Translations under genes and position numbers: made by a program
The notes under the pieces: generated by a model
Databases searched by the model: none
Seen by the model: only the letters and a program-made list of their open reading frames with translations
What the model was told of the DNA's origin: nothing
Assembly (NCBI GenBank): GCA_965657355.1
Contig: CBFHOE010000001.1
Location: forward strand, 138,149-149,305
Source of the DNA: Limisphaerales bacterium
Lineage (GTDB): Bacteria; Verrucomicrobiota; Verrucomicrobiia; Limisphaerales; JAJOIW01
DNA: 11,157 nt
Direction of reading: 5' to 3'
In this document: one piece after another, positions 1 to 7,904 of the stretch
How positions within the stretch are numbered: position 1 is the stretch's first letter
Layout: the number at the start of each line of letters is the position of its first letter

Positions 1-1611
1 ATCAGATTCAGGTGGCATCCCGAGAATCTGTTTGTCGATATCATTTCCGAGGTGGTCTTGCAGTTCGAGGCTCAGCGATGGCTTTGGTCTATTTGCCGTC
101 GAAGACCCTCTTGTTTTAATGGCAGAGCTAGAGATCAGGTCTGGTACCTCCCATTTTGATTTCCCTTCCTCTGAAGGAATGATCATGATTTGTGCTGGCG
201 TGTATGACTTATCTGAAATTAATTCTGTTGTTTGTTTTTGAAGGATGACGAATGGCAAATTGGAATCCAAATTTCGTGTTGAGAAGTGTTTAAAGATATA
301 AACACCGTGACTTGGACTGCTGGATTGAAACCCTTGTTTAAACGCACGCGCTCGAATTTTCGCATTTGTTCTAATTGGTATACTTCTTGTATACAGTTTT
401 GATGTTTTTGTTGGAAGGGAACCATCTGTTGTGAACCTGATTTCTGCATCTTCATCAGGGTGGGTTATTGTAACAGAAAACCGGGACTCAAACACGCCTC
501 CTGCGGGAGTCATCTCGGGCTCGGTGAGTGTTGGTGTTATATGAGAGGTGTTTGGTTTGAGGGGAGTAGGTTCTGTAAGTGGGGCCTTCGGCGTTAGATT
601 AATATTTTCAAAAGAAAATCTGGCAGATAAACTTCCCACCCAAAGTAGGTCACTGTTGTTAACTGAACTATTTAATAAATGAATTGCCAGGATATTTGAT
701 TTTTTAAGTAGGTTGATATGACTTGATATATCCATTTGCTTCGCAATCAAAGCCTCTCGATCCGGTGTCGACGAGGATGCTGTCGAATCCCATTTAGGAT
801 TTGGAACGTCTTTGAATCCTGCAATTTTAGTCCCATTCAAGTAGGCAATAAAACCATCGTCAGATTGAGTGGATAAGACTAGATCAGAGATGGTATTTGG
901 GTTTTCTACAGTGAATGGCAATCGTAAATAAATACTCGGTGAAGAAGATGGGACGCGTGTTAAAATCAAGGGTTGATAGATTTTTCCGATTGTTTCGTAG
1001 CCTATTGAAGCTGTTGATTTACTCCATGAATTCTTCTCCGGGTTAAAACTAGGAAGAAGCCATTCATTGTCCTGCTCAGGGCCGGTTGGTTTGTGGTAAT
1101 GACCTTCCGAGTCTGGTGTTAATAAGGGCACCAAGTCAGCCCCCATCGGGACGCCAAAGCTGATATCCTTTTTTTGTGAGGGAAATGATGGGGAGATTAT
1201 ATCTATTTCTTTCCCTGTATTATCGAAAAGGCCCAAAAACTCACCTGATGCTTTTAACTTAAAATTAAGGTGGAGAGGTTTGTTCGGGTCGCGAACATCA
1301 AGATCAGAGGCATAGACAAGAAGAAATTCACCAGCTTGAATAGATATGTTTGGAAATGTCCATTTATCAATTTCTGAAATGTCATCTGATAAGGTCCAAC
1401 CGGAAAGATTGACCGAAGAATCTCCTGGGTTATACAATTCCAACCAATCAGAGTACTCTCCAAAGTCATTTTTCAATGTTGAAGAATTTGACGCCATAAA
1501 CTCAGAGATGATCACCTGGGCGCAGACGCTCGATATCGATAATGCGTGCCACAATATCGAAACAAAAACAAATGGCATTATTCTTAATCTTTTCTTAATA
1601 ATTTCGTTCAT
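1..1611 (-). CDS. Secreted lamin-tail-domain (LTD) / Fn3-associated / CotH kinase family protein; 3' end runs off the window (537 codons visible)
   Basis: Absent from the ORF track because no stop lies inside the window. Hand translation is open from ATG 1611 (in-frame TGA upstream at 1620-1618) to base 1. It has a signal-like N-terminus MNEIIKKRLRIMPFVFVSILWHALSISSVCA|Q; LTD motifs VIISEFMASN, SDWLELYN, NLSGWTLSD, KWTFP, HLNFKL..SGE.LGL; a jelly-roll insert with YLRLPF and DDGFIAYLNG; an Fn3-associated/chitobiase-C motif IRFTTDGSLPT...IRARAF; and a CotH N-terminal motif IKTRGSST..RPKPSLSLE...ILGMPPESD. Alternative start at ATG 1578. Confidence 0.9.
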   Translation of the reverse strand, partial: MNEIIKKRLRIMPFVFVSILWHALSISSVCAQVIISEFMASNSSTLKNDFGEYSDWLELYNPGDSSVNLSGWTLSDDISEIDKWTFPNISIQAGEFLLVYASDLDVRDPNKPLHLNFKLKASGEFLGLFDNTGKEIDIISPSFPSQKKDISFGVPMGADLVPLLTPDSEGHYHKPTGPEQDNEWLLPSFNPEKNSWSKSTASIGYETIGKIYQPLILTRVPSSSPSIYLRLPFTVENPNTISDLVLSTQSDDGFIAYLNGTKIAGFKDVPNPKWDSTASSSTPDREALIAKQMDISSHINLLKKSNILAIHLLNSSVNNSDLLWVGSLSARFSFENINLTPKAPLTEPTPLKPNTSHITPTLTEPEMTPAGGVFESRFSVTITHPDEDAEIRFTTDGSLPTKTSKLYTRSIPIRTNAKIRARAFKQGFQSSSPSHGVYIFKHFSTRNLDSNLPFVILQKQTTELISDKSYTPAQIMIIPSEEGKSKWEVPDLISSSAIKTRGSSTANRPKPSLSLELQDHLGNDIDKQILGMPPESD

Positions 1612-1635
1612 TTCTAGTCAAGAGACTTTCAATTC

Positions 1636-1651
1636 TAAGCAATATTGCTTA
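1636..1651. promoter_or_regulatory. Perfect 16-bp palindrome TAAGCAATATTGCTTA in the 92-bp divergent intergenic region; candidate operator
   Basis: The sequence equals its own reverse complement and lies between the divergent starts at 1611 (-) and 1704 (+). The palindrome is seen directly; the regulatory role is inferred. Confidence 0.5.
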
Positions 1652-1703
1652 AAATAACACATTCTAAGTTACAAATGAAGCTTCTGAGCTCTCACGTGCG
1701 GCA

Positions 1704-4211
1704 ATGGACAACGGGCATACAAAAGAAAAACAAGAGGATTCTATTTTCCGGCAAAAGAATTCTGAAAAAAGAAAGTATCCTTTTTGGCTGCTTGGATTGG
1801 TGGGGTTCAGCGGCGTAACATTTCTTGGTTTGTTCGTAATTGAGGTTTTTCTTAGATCTGTTGGGTTTGGTCACGATACCCGCCTATTCATACCTTTTGA
1901 GGAATCTGGAGAGAAATACTATCGAGATAATCCTAAATTCTTTTGGCGGTATATGGGGGAAAATATGGCCCGTAATCCAATGCCGATGAGAATCCCGCAG
2001 GATAAAAAAAAGAACTCGATTCGTATCGTTGTCCTGGGTGAGTCAGCTGCTCTTGGAGACCCAGCACCTGCGTATGGATTTGCCAGGTTTTTGGAAGTTT
2101 TATTGGAATCAAAATATCCTCAAAAAGATTTTGAAATTATCAATACGTCAACCACGGCGATAAATTCTCACGTCATCCGAGACATCGCAAAAGACTGTAT
2201 CAAGCTTGATGCCGATTACTGGTTAGGATATTTGGGTAACAATGAGTTCCTTGGTCCATTTGGCCCTGGATCGGTTTTCGCTGGAGGCCAGCACGGCTCT
2301 CTTTCTTCAATTCGCTTAGGGCTTGCTTTAAGAAAATTCAAGATCGGTCAGCTCATTGACAAAATGATTCAGTCCATCAAGGTTTCTAAAAATAACGGTA
2401 AACAGGGTAAAGCTTGGCAAGGAATGGAGATGTTCTCGAATAAATCCATCCCTCTTCAAAGCGAGGGCCGTTTAATCGTTCATAAAAATTTTAGAAAGAA
2501 CCTTGAAGCTATATTGAGATTCTCTGAATCAGCCGGAAGCAAGCTCATTTTAGCACCAGGTGTTGCCAACTTGAGATCTTGCGGGCCATTCGCCTGGGCT
2601 TCTCAATCATTAAATACTTCGTCACCTGATTTTTCTGGTGAAATTTTGTCTCTGATGAGAGGCCAGGAACCTGACCTTACAGCCCTGCAGGCGGAGGTGA
2701 AAACTTTTTTGCAGAAGAATCCAGAAGATGCCTCTGCTTATTTTTACTCTGGCATTATGAAAGAAAAGCTAGGCGACAAAGAAGAGGCAAAAATAGATTT
2801 TCAAAAAGCGTGTGATTTTGATCTTCTCCCTTTTCGGATGCCCTCAACGTTGAGGCAGGTACTTCTGAGCATTGAAGGAAATCAACAGCTGAAAATTATC
2901 GACCCTCGACTAGAAATGGAGTCCGGATTTTCCACTGAAATTCTAGGAAACGAGGCCTTCTTTGAGCATGTTCATTTAAGACCAAAAGGGAATTATCTAT
3001 TGGCTTTGAGTTTTGCAAAATTAATCCAACAAGATTTGGAGGAATCACAGCAGTGGGAGCCAAACGATAATAAATGGATGGACTTCAGTGATTGTTCGGA
3101 GGTTTTAGCTTTGTCAGGTTACGATAAGTTTTCTATGGCAAAAGATATGATATCGAGAATTCAAACTGCTCCATTATCCGTTCGGCCCTTTAATGAAGTA
3201 AACGTTGAGAATTTATTGAATGAACTTCAGAGTCCAGTTGCTACCGAATCGGAGGCTGAGAGTTTATCTCTTTATGAGCGAGCCATCGATCGGAACCCAA
3301 ACGATTGGCTGTTGCGTCAAAGGTACGCGCTTTATCTGGATGAGGTAGGTAAAGCCGCAATGGCTCTGGATCAAGTCGACACTATTCTAAAAATAGTTCC
3401 TCATTCGCCAGTGACTCATTTCCAGCGTGGAGTTATTCTAAACAGCCTTGATCGTTCAACTGAGGCCAAGCAAGCTTTCGTTCAATCTTTAAAACTAAGA
3501 CCATCTTTTGCCGAGGCCAGATTACAAATTGCCTGGATTGATTGGAAAGAAGGGGATAAAGAATTAGCTGAAGAAGGTTTCGATGAGGCCGCCCTTTTGG
3601 ATCCTGGTCTGGAATCTCCACAATTAGCCCGATTAATCGCGCTCAAAGAAAAAAATGACACAGAGAAATTCTGGAGATTACTCCGTCGTATGTCTTTGCA
3701 ATTCCCGCACTCCAATAATGTGGCATCTGAATTATACGCCTTTGGATCTATCGACAACAACAAAACCAAGGTGCTGGAATTCCTCAAAGCTACCTATGAA
3801 AATGATGGTGCAAAAACCAAGTCAGAGCTTCCTGGTAATGCCGAGATTTTTACAAGCTATGGCAAGTTACTCCAGCTTGATGGTCAATTCGATAAAGCAA
3901 AGGAGGTTTATTTTCAAACTGGTTGGGAATTTGGTAATATCAATGCGCTCTACCTTTTTGGTATGGGCTCAGCTATGAGTGGTGAGATGGAAAAGGCCAT
4001 AGAAAGTTTTTCTAAAGTCATTGAGAAAAGACCGGATTTCTGGTCTGCCTATTTAAATTACGGTGTGGCATTAGCAAAAGTTGATCGTTACACTCTGGCC
4101 TATGAGGTTTTTTCAAAAATCCCTAAAACCGATCCCAATTTTCAAAATGCCAAAAAATATATGGATGAAATAGCGCGTTGGGATCAAAATGCAATAAAGC
4201 CGTCGGAATAA
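1704..4211 (+). CDS. Membrane-anchored SGNH/GDSL-like hydrolase/transferase with tetratricopeptide repeats (835 aa)
   Basis: Basic N-terminus followed by one hydrophobic helix (FWLLGLVGFSGVTFLGLFVIEVFLR). SGNH-like blocks: I RIVVLGES114AALG, II EIINTSTTAINS, III YLG178NNE, V FFE421HVH424LRPKGNYLLA. TPR-like units: NPEDASAYFYSG, AIDRNPNDWLLRQRYA, VPHSPVTHFQRG, LRPSFAEARLQIA, KRPDFWSAYLNYGVALA. Confidence 0.88.
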   Translation: MDNGHTKEKQEDSIFRQKNSEKRKYPFWLLGLVGFSGVTFLGLFVIEVFLRSVGFGHDTRLFIPFEESGEKYYRDNPKFFWRYMGENMARNPMPMRIPQDKKKNSIRIVVLGESAALGDPAPAYGFARFLEVLLESKYPQKDFEIINTSTTAINSHVIRDIAKDCIKLDADYWLGYLGNNEFLGPFGPGSVFAGGQHGSLSSIRLGLALRKFKIGQLIDKMIQSIKVSKNNGKQGKAWQGMEMFSNKSIPLQSEGRLIVHKNFRKNLEAILRFSESAGSKLILAPGVANLRSCGPFAWASQSLNTSSPDFSGEILSLMRGQEPDLTALQAEVKTFLQKNPEDASAYFYSGIMKEKLGDKEEAKIDFQKACDFDLLPFRMPSTLRQVLLSIEGNQQLKIIDPRLEMESGFSTEILGNEAFFEHVHLRPKGNYLLALSFAKLIQQDLEESQQWEPNDNKWMDFSDCSEVLALSGYDKFSMAKDMISRIQTAPLSVRPFNEVNVENLLNELQSPVATESEAESLSLYERAIDRNPNDWLLRQRYALYLDEVGKAAMALDQVDTILKIVPHSPVTHFQRGVILNSLDRSTEAKQAFVQSLKLRPSFAEARLQIAWIDWKEGDKELAEEGFDEAALLDPGLESPQLARLIALKEKNDTEKFWRLLRRMSLQFPHSNNVASELYAFGSIDNNKTKVLEFLKATYENDGAKTKSELPGNAEIFTSYGKLLQLDGQFDKAKEVYFQTGWEFGNINALYLFGMGSAMSGEMEKAIESFSKVIEKRPDFWSAYLNYGVALAKVDRYTLAYEVFSKIPKTDPNFQNAKKYMDEIARWDQNAIKPSE

Positions 4212-4247
4212 AGCAAGATTGGAATCATTTAATATACTGGAATTGAC

Positions 4248-4252
4248 GGAGG
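4248..4252 (+). promoter_or_regulatory. Shine-Dalgarno GGAGG of the carbamoyltransferase gene
   Basis: GGAGG at 4248-4252, 10 nt upstream of ATG 4263. Confidence 0.6.
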
Positions 4253-4262
4253 ACTGATAAAG

Positions 4263-6110
4263 ATGGGTGCGTATTTGGGGGTTTCAGCTTTTTACCACGA
4301 TAGTGCTGCTGCCATAGTGAGGGACGGAGAGATCCTTGTTGCAGCGCAGGAGGAGAGGTTTACCAGGATTAAGCATGATCGCAGTTTTCCTTTGCATGCT
4401 TCGCGCCACTGCCTGGAGTTTTGTGAGCTCCGTGTCAATGAACTTGATGGCATTGTATTTTACGAAAAGCCGTTAATTAAATTCGAAAGGCTTCTTGAGA
4501 CCTTTGTTTCCTGTGCACCCGGCGGTGTGGTGCAATTTATAAAAGCAATGCCTGTCTGGGCATCCGAAAAGTTATTCCAAAAGAAACTGATTTCTGATGA
4601 AATTTTAAAACTGTCCAGCAAAGATAAGTCATGTTTGCCTGAAATTTTTTTTACTTCCCACCATCACTCTCATGCGGCATCTGCATTTTTTCCATCCCCA
4701 TTCGAAAATGCTGCAATCCTTTGTGTCGATGGTGTAGGTGAGTGGGCTTCAACGTCAGCTTGGATCGGAAAAGGCTTGGAAATAAAACCATTATGGAAAA
4801 TTGATTTTCCCCACTCCGTCGGGCTTTTATACAGTGCCTTCACTTATTACTGTGGTTTTAAGGTTAACTCTGGAGAATATAAACTCATGGGCTTGGCCCC
4901 TTTTGGAGTGCCCAGATATGCAGAAAGGATATATTCTAGACTGATTGATCTCAAACTGGATGGCTCCTTTAGGATTAATACCGAATATTTTACCTTTCTT
5001 GTGGGCCAGCGAATGGTTGGTAAGAAATTCGAGGATCTTTTCGGCGCTTGTGCGAGACGCCCAGGGGCTCCCATTGAGAAATTTCACGCAGACATAGCAG
5101 CTTCGATTCAACTCGTGGTTGAAGACATACTTCTCAAGATGGCTGATAACCTCTTATCTGAAACGGGGATGAGCAATCTTGTGATTGCTGGTGGGGTCGG
5201 GCTCAACTGTGTCGCTAATTCTAAAATTGCAAAACTTGATAGGTGTAAAAAGTTATGGATTCAACCTGCATCAGGTGATGCTGGTGGGGCAATAGGAGCC
5301 GCTATGGCGCTTAGTATTCAAAAGGATCGCTCTCCAAGGCTGCATCTCTCACGTCAGCTTCGGGACGGAATGAACAACAGCCAATTAGGGCCCGAACAAT
5401 CAGATGACGAAATTGAATACCATTTGACCTTAGCAGGTGCTGTTTTTCAAAAATTGGATCAAGAGGATTTACTTTTAGAAACGGCCGATGCGCTAGCTAG
5501 CCAAAAAATAGTGGGCTGGGTTCAAGGGCGTATGGAATTCGGGCCCAGAGCTCTTGGTAATAGATCTATACTTGCTGATCCCCGTTCGAAGGAAATGCAA
5601 TCATGGATAAACAAAAAAATAAAATTCAGAGAAGGTTTCAGACCTTTTGCTCCAGTCGTATCAAAGAGCCAAGTCGAGGATTATTTTGATCTTCCGTGTG
5701 AAGAAAGTCCTTACATGCTTCTCACCGGTGAGGTTAGGGAATATGCCTCGGCGAGTTGGGATAGAGGAAGGGGGCAAGGAGCTGTGAATCCGCCGGTCGT
5801 GGATTCATCATTGCCAGCTGTCACGCATGTTGATGGATCTGCGCGAGTCCAAACGGTAGATGCTCAGACAAATCCGCTTCTTCACAGACTACTAAATATA
5901 TTTGAAGGTAGGACTGGCATCCCTGTATTAGTTAATACTTCCTTCAATATTCGAGGTGAACCTGTTGTGTTTGACGCTAAGGACGCCTTTCGATGTTTCA
6001 TGAATACCCACATGGATATTTTAGTGGTTGGATCCTATTTTCTAAAAAAGGAAAAGCAATTGGTTAAATCCGAGATAGAATCATGGAAGAATAAATTCCC
6101 ATTAGACTAA
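4263..6110 (+). CDS. O-carbamoyltransferase, NodU/CmcH/TobZ family (SxtI-like), 615 aa
   Basis: Kae1-like N-domain motifs LGVSAFYHDSAAA, AAQEERFTRIKHD, HHHSHAASAF, DGVGE, GEYKLMGLAP, AGGVGLNCVAN, QPASGDAG. YrdC-like C-domain motifs GRMEFGPRALGNRSILADPR, KFREGFRPFAP, THVDGSARVQTV, NTSFNIRGEP. Confidence 0.96.
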   Translation: MGAYLGVSAFYHDSAAAIVRDGEILVAAQEERFTRIKHDRSFPLHASRHCLEFCELRVNELDGIVFYEKPLIKFERLLETFVSCAPGGVVQFIKAMPVWASEKLFQKKLISDEILKLSSKDKSCLPEIFFTSHHHSHAASAFFPSPFENAAILCVDGVGEWASTSAWIGKGLEIKPLWKIDFPHSVGLLYSAFTYYCGFKVNSGEYKLMGLAPFGVPRYAERIYSRLIDLKLDGSFRINTEYFTFLVGQRMVGKKFEDLFGACARRPGAPIEKFHADIAASIQLVVEDILLKMADNLLSETGMSNLVIAGGVGLNCVANSKIAKLDRCKKLWIQPASGDAGGAIGAAMALSIQKDRSPRLHLSRQLRDGMNNSQLGPEQSDDEIEYHLTLAGAVFQKLDQEDLLLETADALASQKIVGWVQGRMEFGPRALGNRSILADPRSKEMQSWINKKIKFREGFRPFAPVVSKSQVEDYFDLPCEESPYMLLTGEVREYASASWDRGRGQGAVNPPVVDSSLPAVTHVDGSARVQTVDAQTNPLLHRLLNIFEGRTGIPVLVNTSFNIRGEPVVFDAKDAFRCFMNTHMDILVVGSYFLKKEKQLVKSEIESWKNKFPLD

Positions 6111-6129
6111 TAACGCCGATTAGACAGGT

Positions 6130-6165
6130 TGATCAGTCCTGAGAAAAGTGTACAAAGGATTCTCT
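6130..6165 (+). repeat. IS3 left inverted repeat (IRL)
   Basis: TGATCAGTCCTGAGAAAAGTGTACAAAGGATTCTCT; shares the terminal TGAT and inner GGATTCTCT with the reverse complement of 7413-7448. Confidence 0.88.
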
Positions 6166-6183
6166 AAACATGAGAATCCAGAA

Positions 6184-6450
6184 ATGAAAAGAAGACGATA
6201 TACAAGCGAGTTTAAGCGAGAGGCTACAAGGATGATGATCATCGAGGGTTTGAGAGCCCGAGAGGTATCAGAGCAACTTGGAGTATCGGAGAATATGCTC
6301 TATCGATGGAAACAAGAACACATCAAGGAGCTTGAGGATGCAAAACCCATGGAGGCACAGAGTCCCACTGAAATGGCCAAGGAGATAGAACAACTGCGTA
6401 AGCAGTTAGCAAAATCTCAGCGAATGAATGAGATTCTAAAAAAACAGTAG
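6184..6450 (+). CDS. IS3 transposase OrfA (HTH_Tnp_1 plus coiled coil), C-terminus shortened by an apparent 1-nt loss in the A-run
   Basis: MKRRRYTSEFKREA...AREVSEQLGVSENMLYRWK...EIEQLRKQLAKSQRMNEILKK. ATG 6184 is preferred over GTG 6148, which lies inside IRL. The canonical-looking tail TVGYFSKED* is in the -1 frame (6444-6473). Confidence 0.88.
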   Translation: MKRRRYTSEFKREATRMMIIEGLRAREVSEQLGVSENMLYRWKQEHIKELEDAKPMEAQSPTEMAKEIEQLRKQLAKSQRMNEILKKQ

Positions 6451-6472
6451 GTTACTTCAGCAAGGAAGACTG

Positions 6473-7393
6473 ATGCAGTATAAGTTCATCAGTGAAAACT
6501 GCGATGAATTTAGTGTATCGGAGATGTGTGTCTGCTTTGGAGTAAGCCGTAGTGGATATTATAGCTGGCCAGAGAGAGTCAATAGCCAAAGAAAAATGGA
6601 AGATTTACTTTATAAGAATCGTATTCAAGAACTTCACAAACAAGCAAAAGGGCGATATGGACATCGCCCCATTTATCATCATCTCAGGCAAGAAGAGATA
6701 CGGTGTGGTCGAGACCGAACCTTGCGATTGATGAAGGAACTGGGAATAGGAGGCATTCAAAAGAAAGGCTTTAAACCTCAGGGAACCAATAGTAGGCATG
6801 AATTTGGATACGCTCCTAACTTATTGAAAGAGCTTGGTAGTCCAAGTCGGTGTGATCAAGTCTGGGTAGCAGATACGACCTACCTGAGAACCGAAGGAAG
6901 TTGGTGTTACCTGGCTACGATCATGGATTTATTTAGTAGACGAATAATCGGGTGGAGCGTCTCATTAAGGAATGACACTGAGCAGGTAAGTCAGGCGTTA
7001 AGAGGAGCCGTTATGAATAGAGGCAAGAAATCCTTAACTGGCCTTATTCACCATAGTGATCGAGGCAGTACGTATGCCGCCGAAAAATACGAAGTACTCT
7101 TAAAAAGACTTGGGATCAAAGCTAGTATGAGCGCAAAAGGCAATTGCTACGATAACGCATCAATGGAATTGTTCTACGGGCGTTACAAATGCTCATCAGT
7201 TAGAGGTAGAGTGTTTAGCAGTGAAATGGAGGCAAGAGCCAATGCATTTGAATATATTGAAATGTTTTACAATCGTTTTAGAAAACATGCTTCGTTGGGC
7301 TATAAAAGTCCCATTGAATATGAGGAGAAAAATTTTCCACCAATGGGTGGAAGAAGTAGGGCAAGCTTAACTACTTGCTCAAAGAACAACTAA
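6473..7393 (+). CDS. IS3 transposase OrfB (HTH_21 plus rve integrase core, DDE), 306 aa
   Basis: GVSRSGYYSW, RYGHRPI, RTLRLMKELG, catalytic motifs VWVADTTY, IHHSDRGSTY, GNCYDNASME, and FYNRFRKHASLGYKSP. Confidence 0.93.
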   Translation: MQYKFISENCDEFSVSEMCVCFGVSRSGYYSWPERVNSQRKMEDLLYKNRIQELHKQAKGRYGHRPIYHHLRQEEIRCGRDRTLRLMKELGIGGIQKKGFKPQGTNSRHEFGYAPNLLKELGSPSRCDQVWVADTTYLRTEGSWCYLATIMDLFSRRIIGWSVSLRNDTEQVSQALRGAVMNRGKKSLTGLIHHSDRGSTYAAEKYEVLLKRLGIKASMSAKGNCYDNASMELFYGRYKCSSVRGRVFSSEMEARANAFEYIEMFYNRFRKHASLGYKSPIEYEEKNFPPMGGRSRASLTTCSKNN

Positions 7394-7412
7394 ATCATAA
7401 ATTAACTATTTA

Positions 7413-7448
7413 AGAGAATCCAACGTCCAACGTTTTCATTACACATCA
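7413..7448 (-). repeat. IS3 right inverted repeat (IRR)
   Basis: Reverse complement TGATGTGTAATGAAAACGTTGGACGTTGGATTCTCT aligns without gaps to IRL (24/36). Confidence 0.88.
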
Positions 7449-7463
7449 GGTTAAGATAATAAG

Positions 7464-7904
7464 ATGGTAAAAGTATTTAAAAAGTTTATTAAGGGTAAAC
7501 TTTTGGAGGTAGAAAGGGATAGTCAGCTACTATCTAATTTTTCGAAAGTATTGGGCTTTGGTTTTCCGGTTGTATTTTGTCTCCTGTTCCCTTTTGTATT
7601 TGGAATTCCGACTCAGTGGTGGGCTTGTTGGGTTGGTTTAATTGCTTTGACCTTAGGTCAACTATGCCCGCAGTGGCTGACATATATATATATTGTTTGG
7701 ATGGGGTTCGGTGAGATAATGCAGCGAATCAATGCTGTGATCATTTTCGGTCTCATGTTTTTCGTTATCATTACCCCGATTGGATTTATTTTTCGAATTT
7801 TTGGGAAAGATTCATTAAAGAAAAGATGGGATAGCAGAAATGAATCTTATCGAACCAACTTTTCGGCTGACAATCCACTCGAAAGAATAAAGAATACCTA
7901 CTAA
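7464..7904 (+). CDS. SxtJ-family membrane protein (146 aa)
   Basis: Multiple hydrophobic segments and the family-like pattern PQWLTYIYIVWMGFGEIM...IIFGLMFFVIITPIGFIFRIFGKDSLKKRWD...SYR. Positioned between a carbamoyltransferase and a DUF5989 peptide, as in sxtI-sxtJ-sxtK. Confidence 0.87.
   Translation: MVKVFKKFIKGKLLEVERDSQLLSNFSKVLGFGFPVVFCLLFPFVFGIPTQWWACWVGLIALTLGQLCPQWLTYIYIVWMGFGEIMQRINAVIIFGLMFFVIITPIGFIFRIFGKDSLKKRWDSRNESYRTNFSADNPLERIKNTY

Larger units (their letters stand above)
6130..7448 (+). mobile_element. IS3-family insertion sequence, 1319 bp, with 3-bp target duplication GGT
   Basis: Begins TG(ATC) at 6130 and ends (CAT)CA at 7448. Imperfect 36-bp terminal inverted repeats (24/36 identical by hand alignment). 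GGT at 6127-6129 and 7449-7451. Contains orfA (HTH) and orfB (DDE). Confidence 0.93.

Noticed and set aside
32..1874. Short track ORFs 32..241, 219..455, 1254..1469, 1346..1657 and 1692..1874
   Set aside because: They are antisense or alternative-frame shadows of the CotH and SGNH-TPR genes, with no recognisable motifs.
4233..4248. TATACT (4233-4238) and TTGACG (4243-4248) as an internal sigma70 promoter
   Set aside because: The hexamers are in the wrong order for one promoter and neither has a convincing partner at 16-18 nt spacing.
6148..6183. GTG start for IS orfA
   Set aside because: It lies inside the left inverted repeat; ATG 6184 gives the typical MKRRRY(T/S)xEFK start.
6125..7452. 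6-bp direct repeat CAGGTT (6125-6130 and 7447-7452) as the target duplication
   Set aside because: The IRs align with TG...CA ends at 6130 and 7448, leaving a 3-bp GGT duplication typical of IS3; the extra matches come from the IS terminal bases.
7433..7460. Hybrid promoter from IRR TTTTCA (7433-7438) and flanking GATAAT (7455-7460)
   Set aside because: The -35 match is weak and the implied start site would fall at or after the ATG at 7464; not supportable without TSS data.
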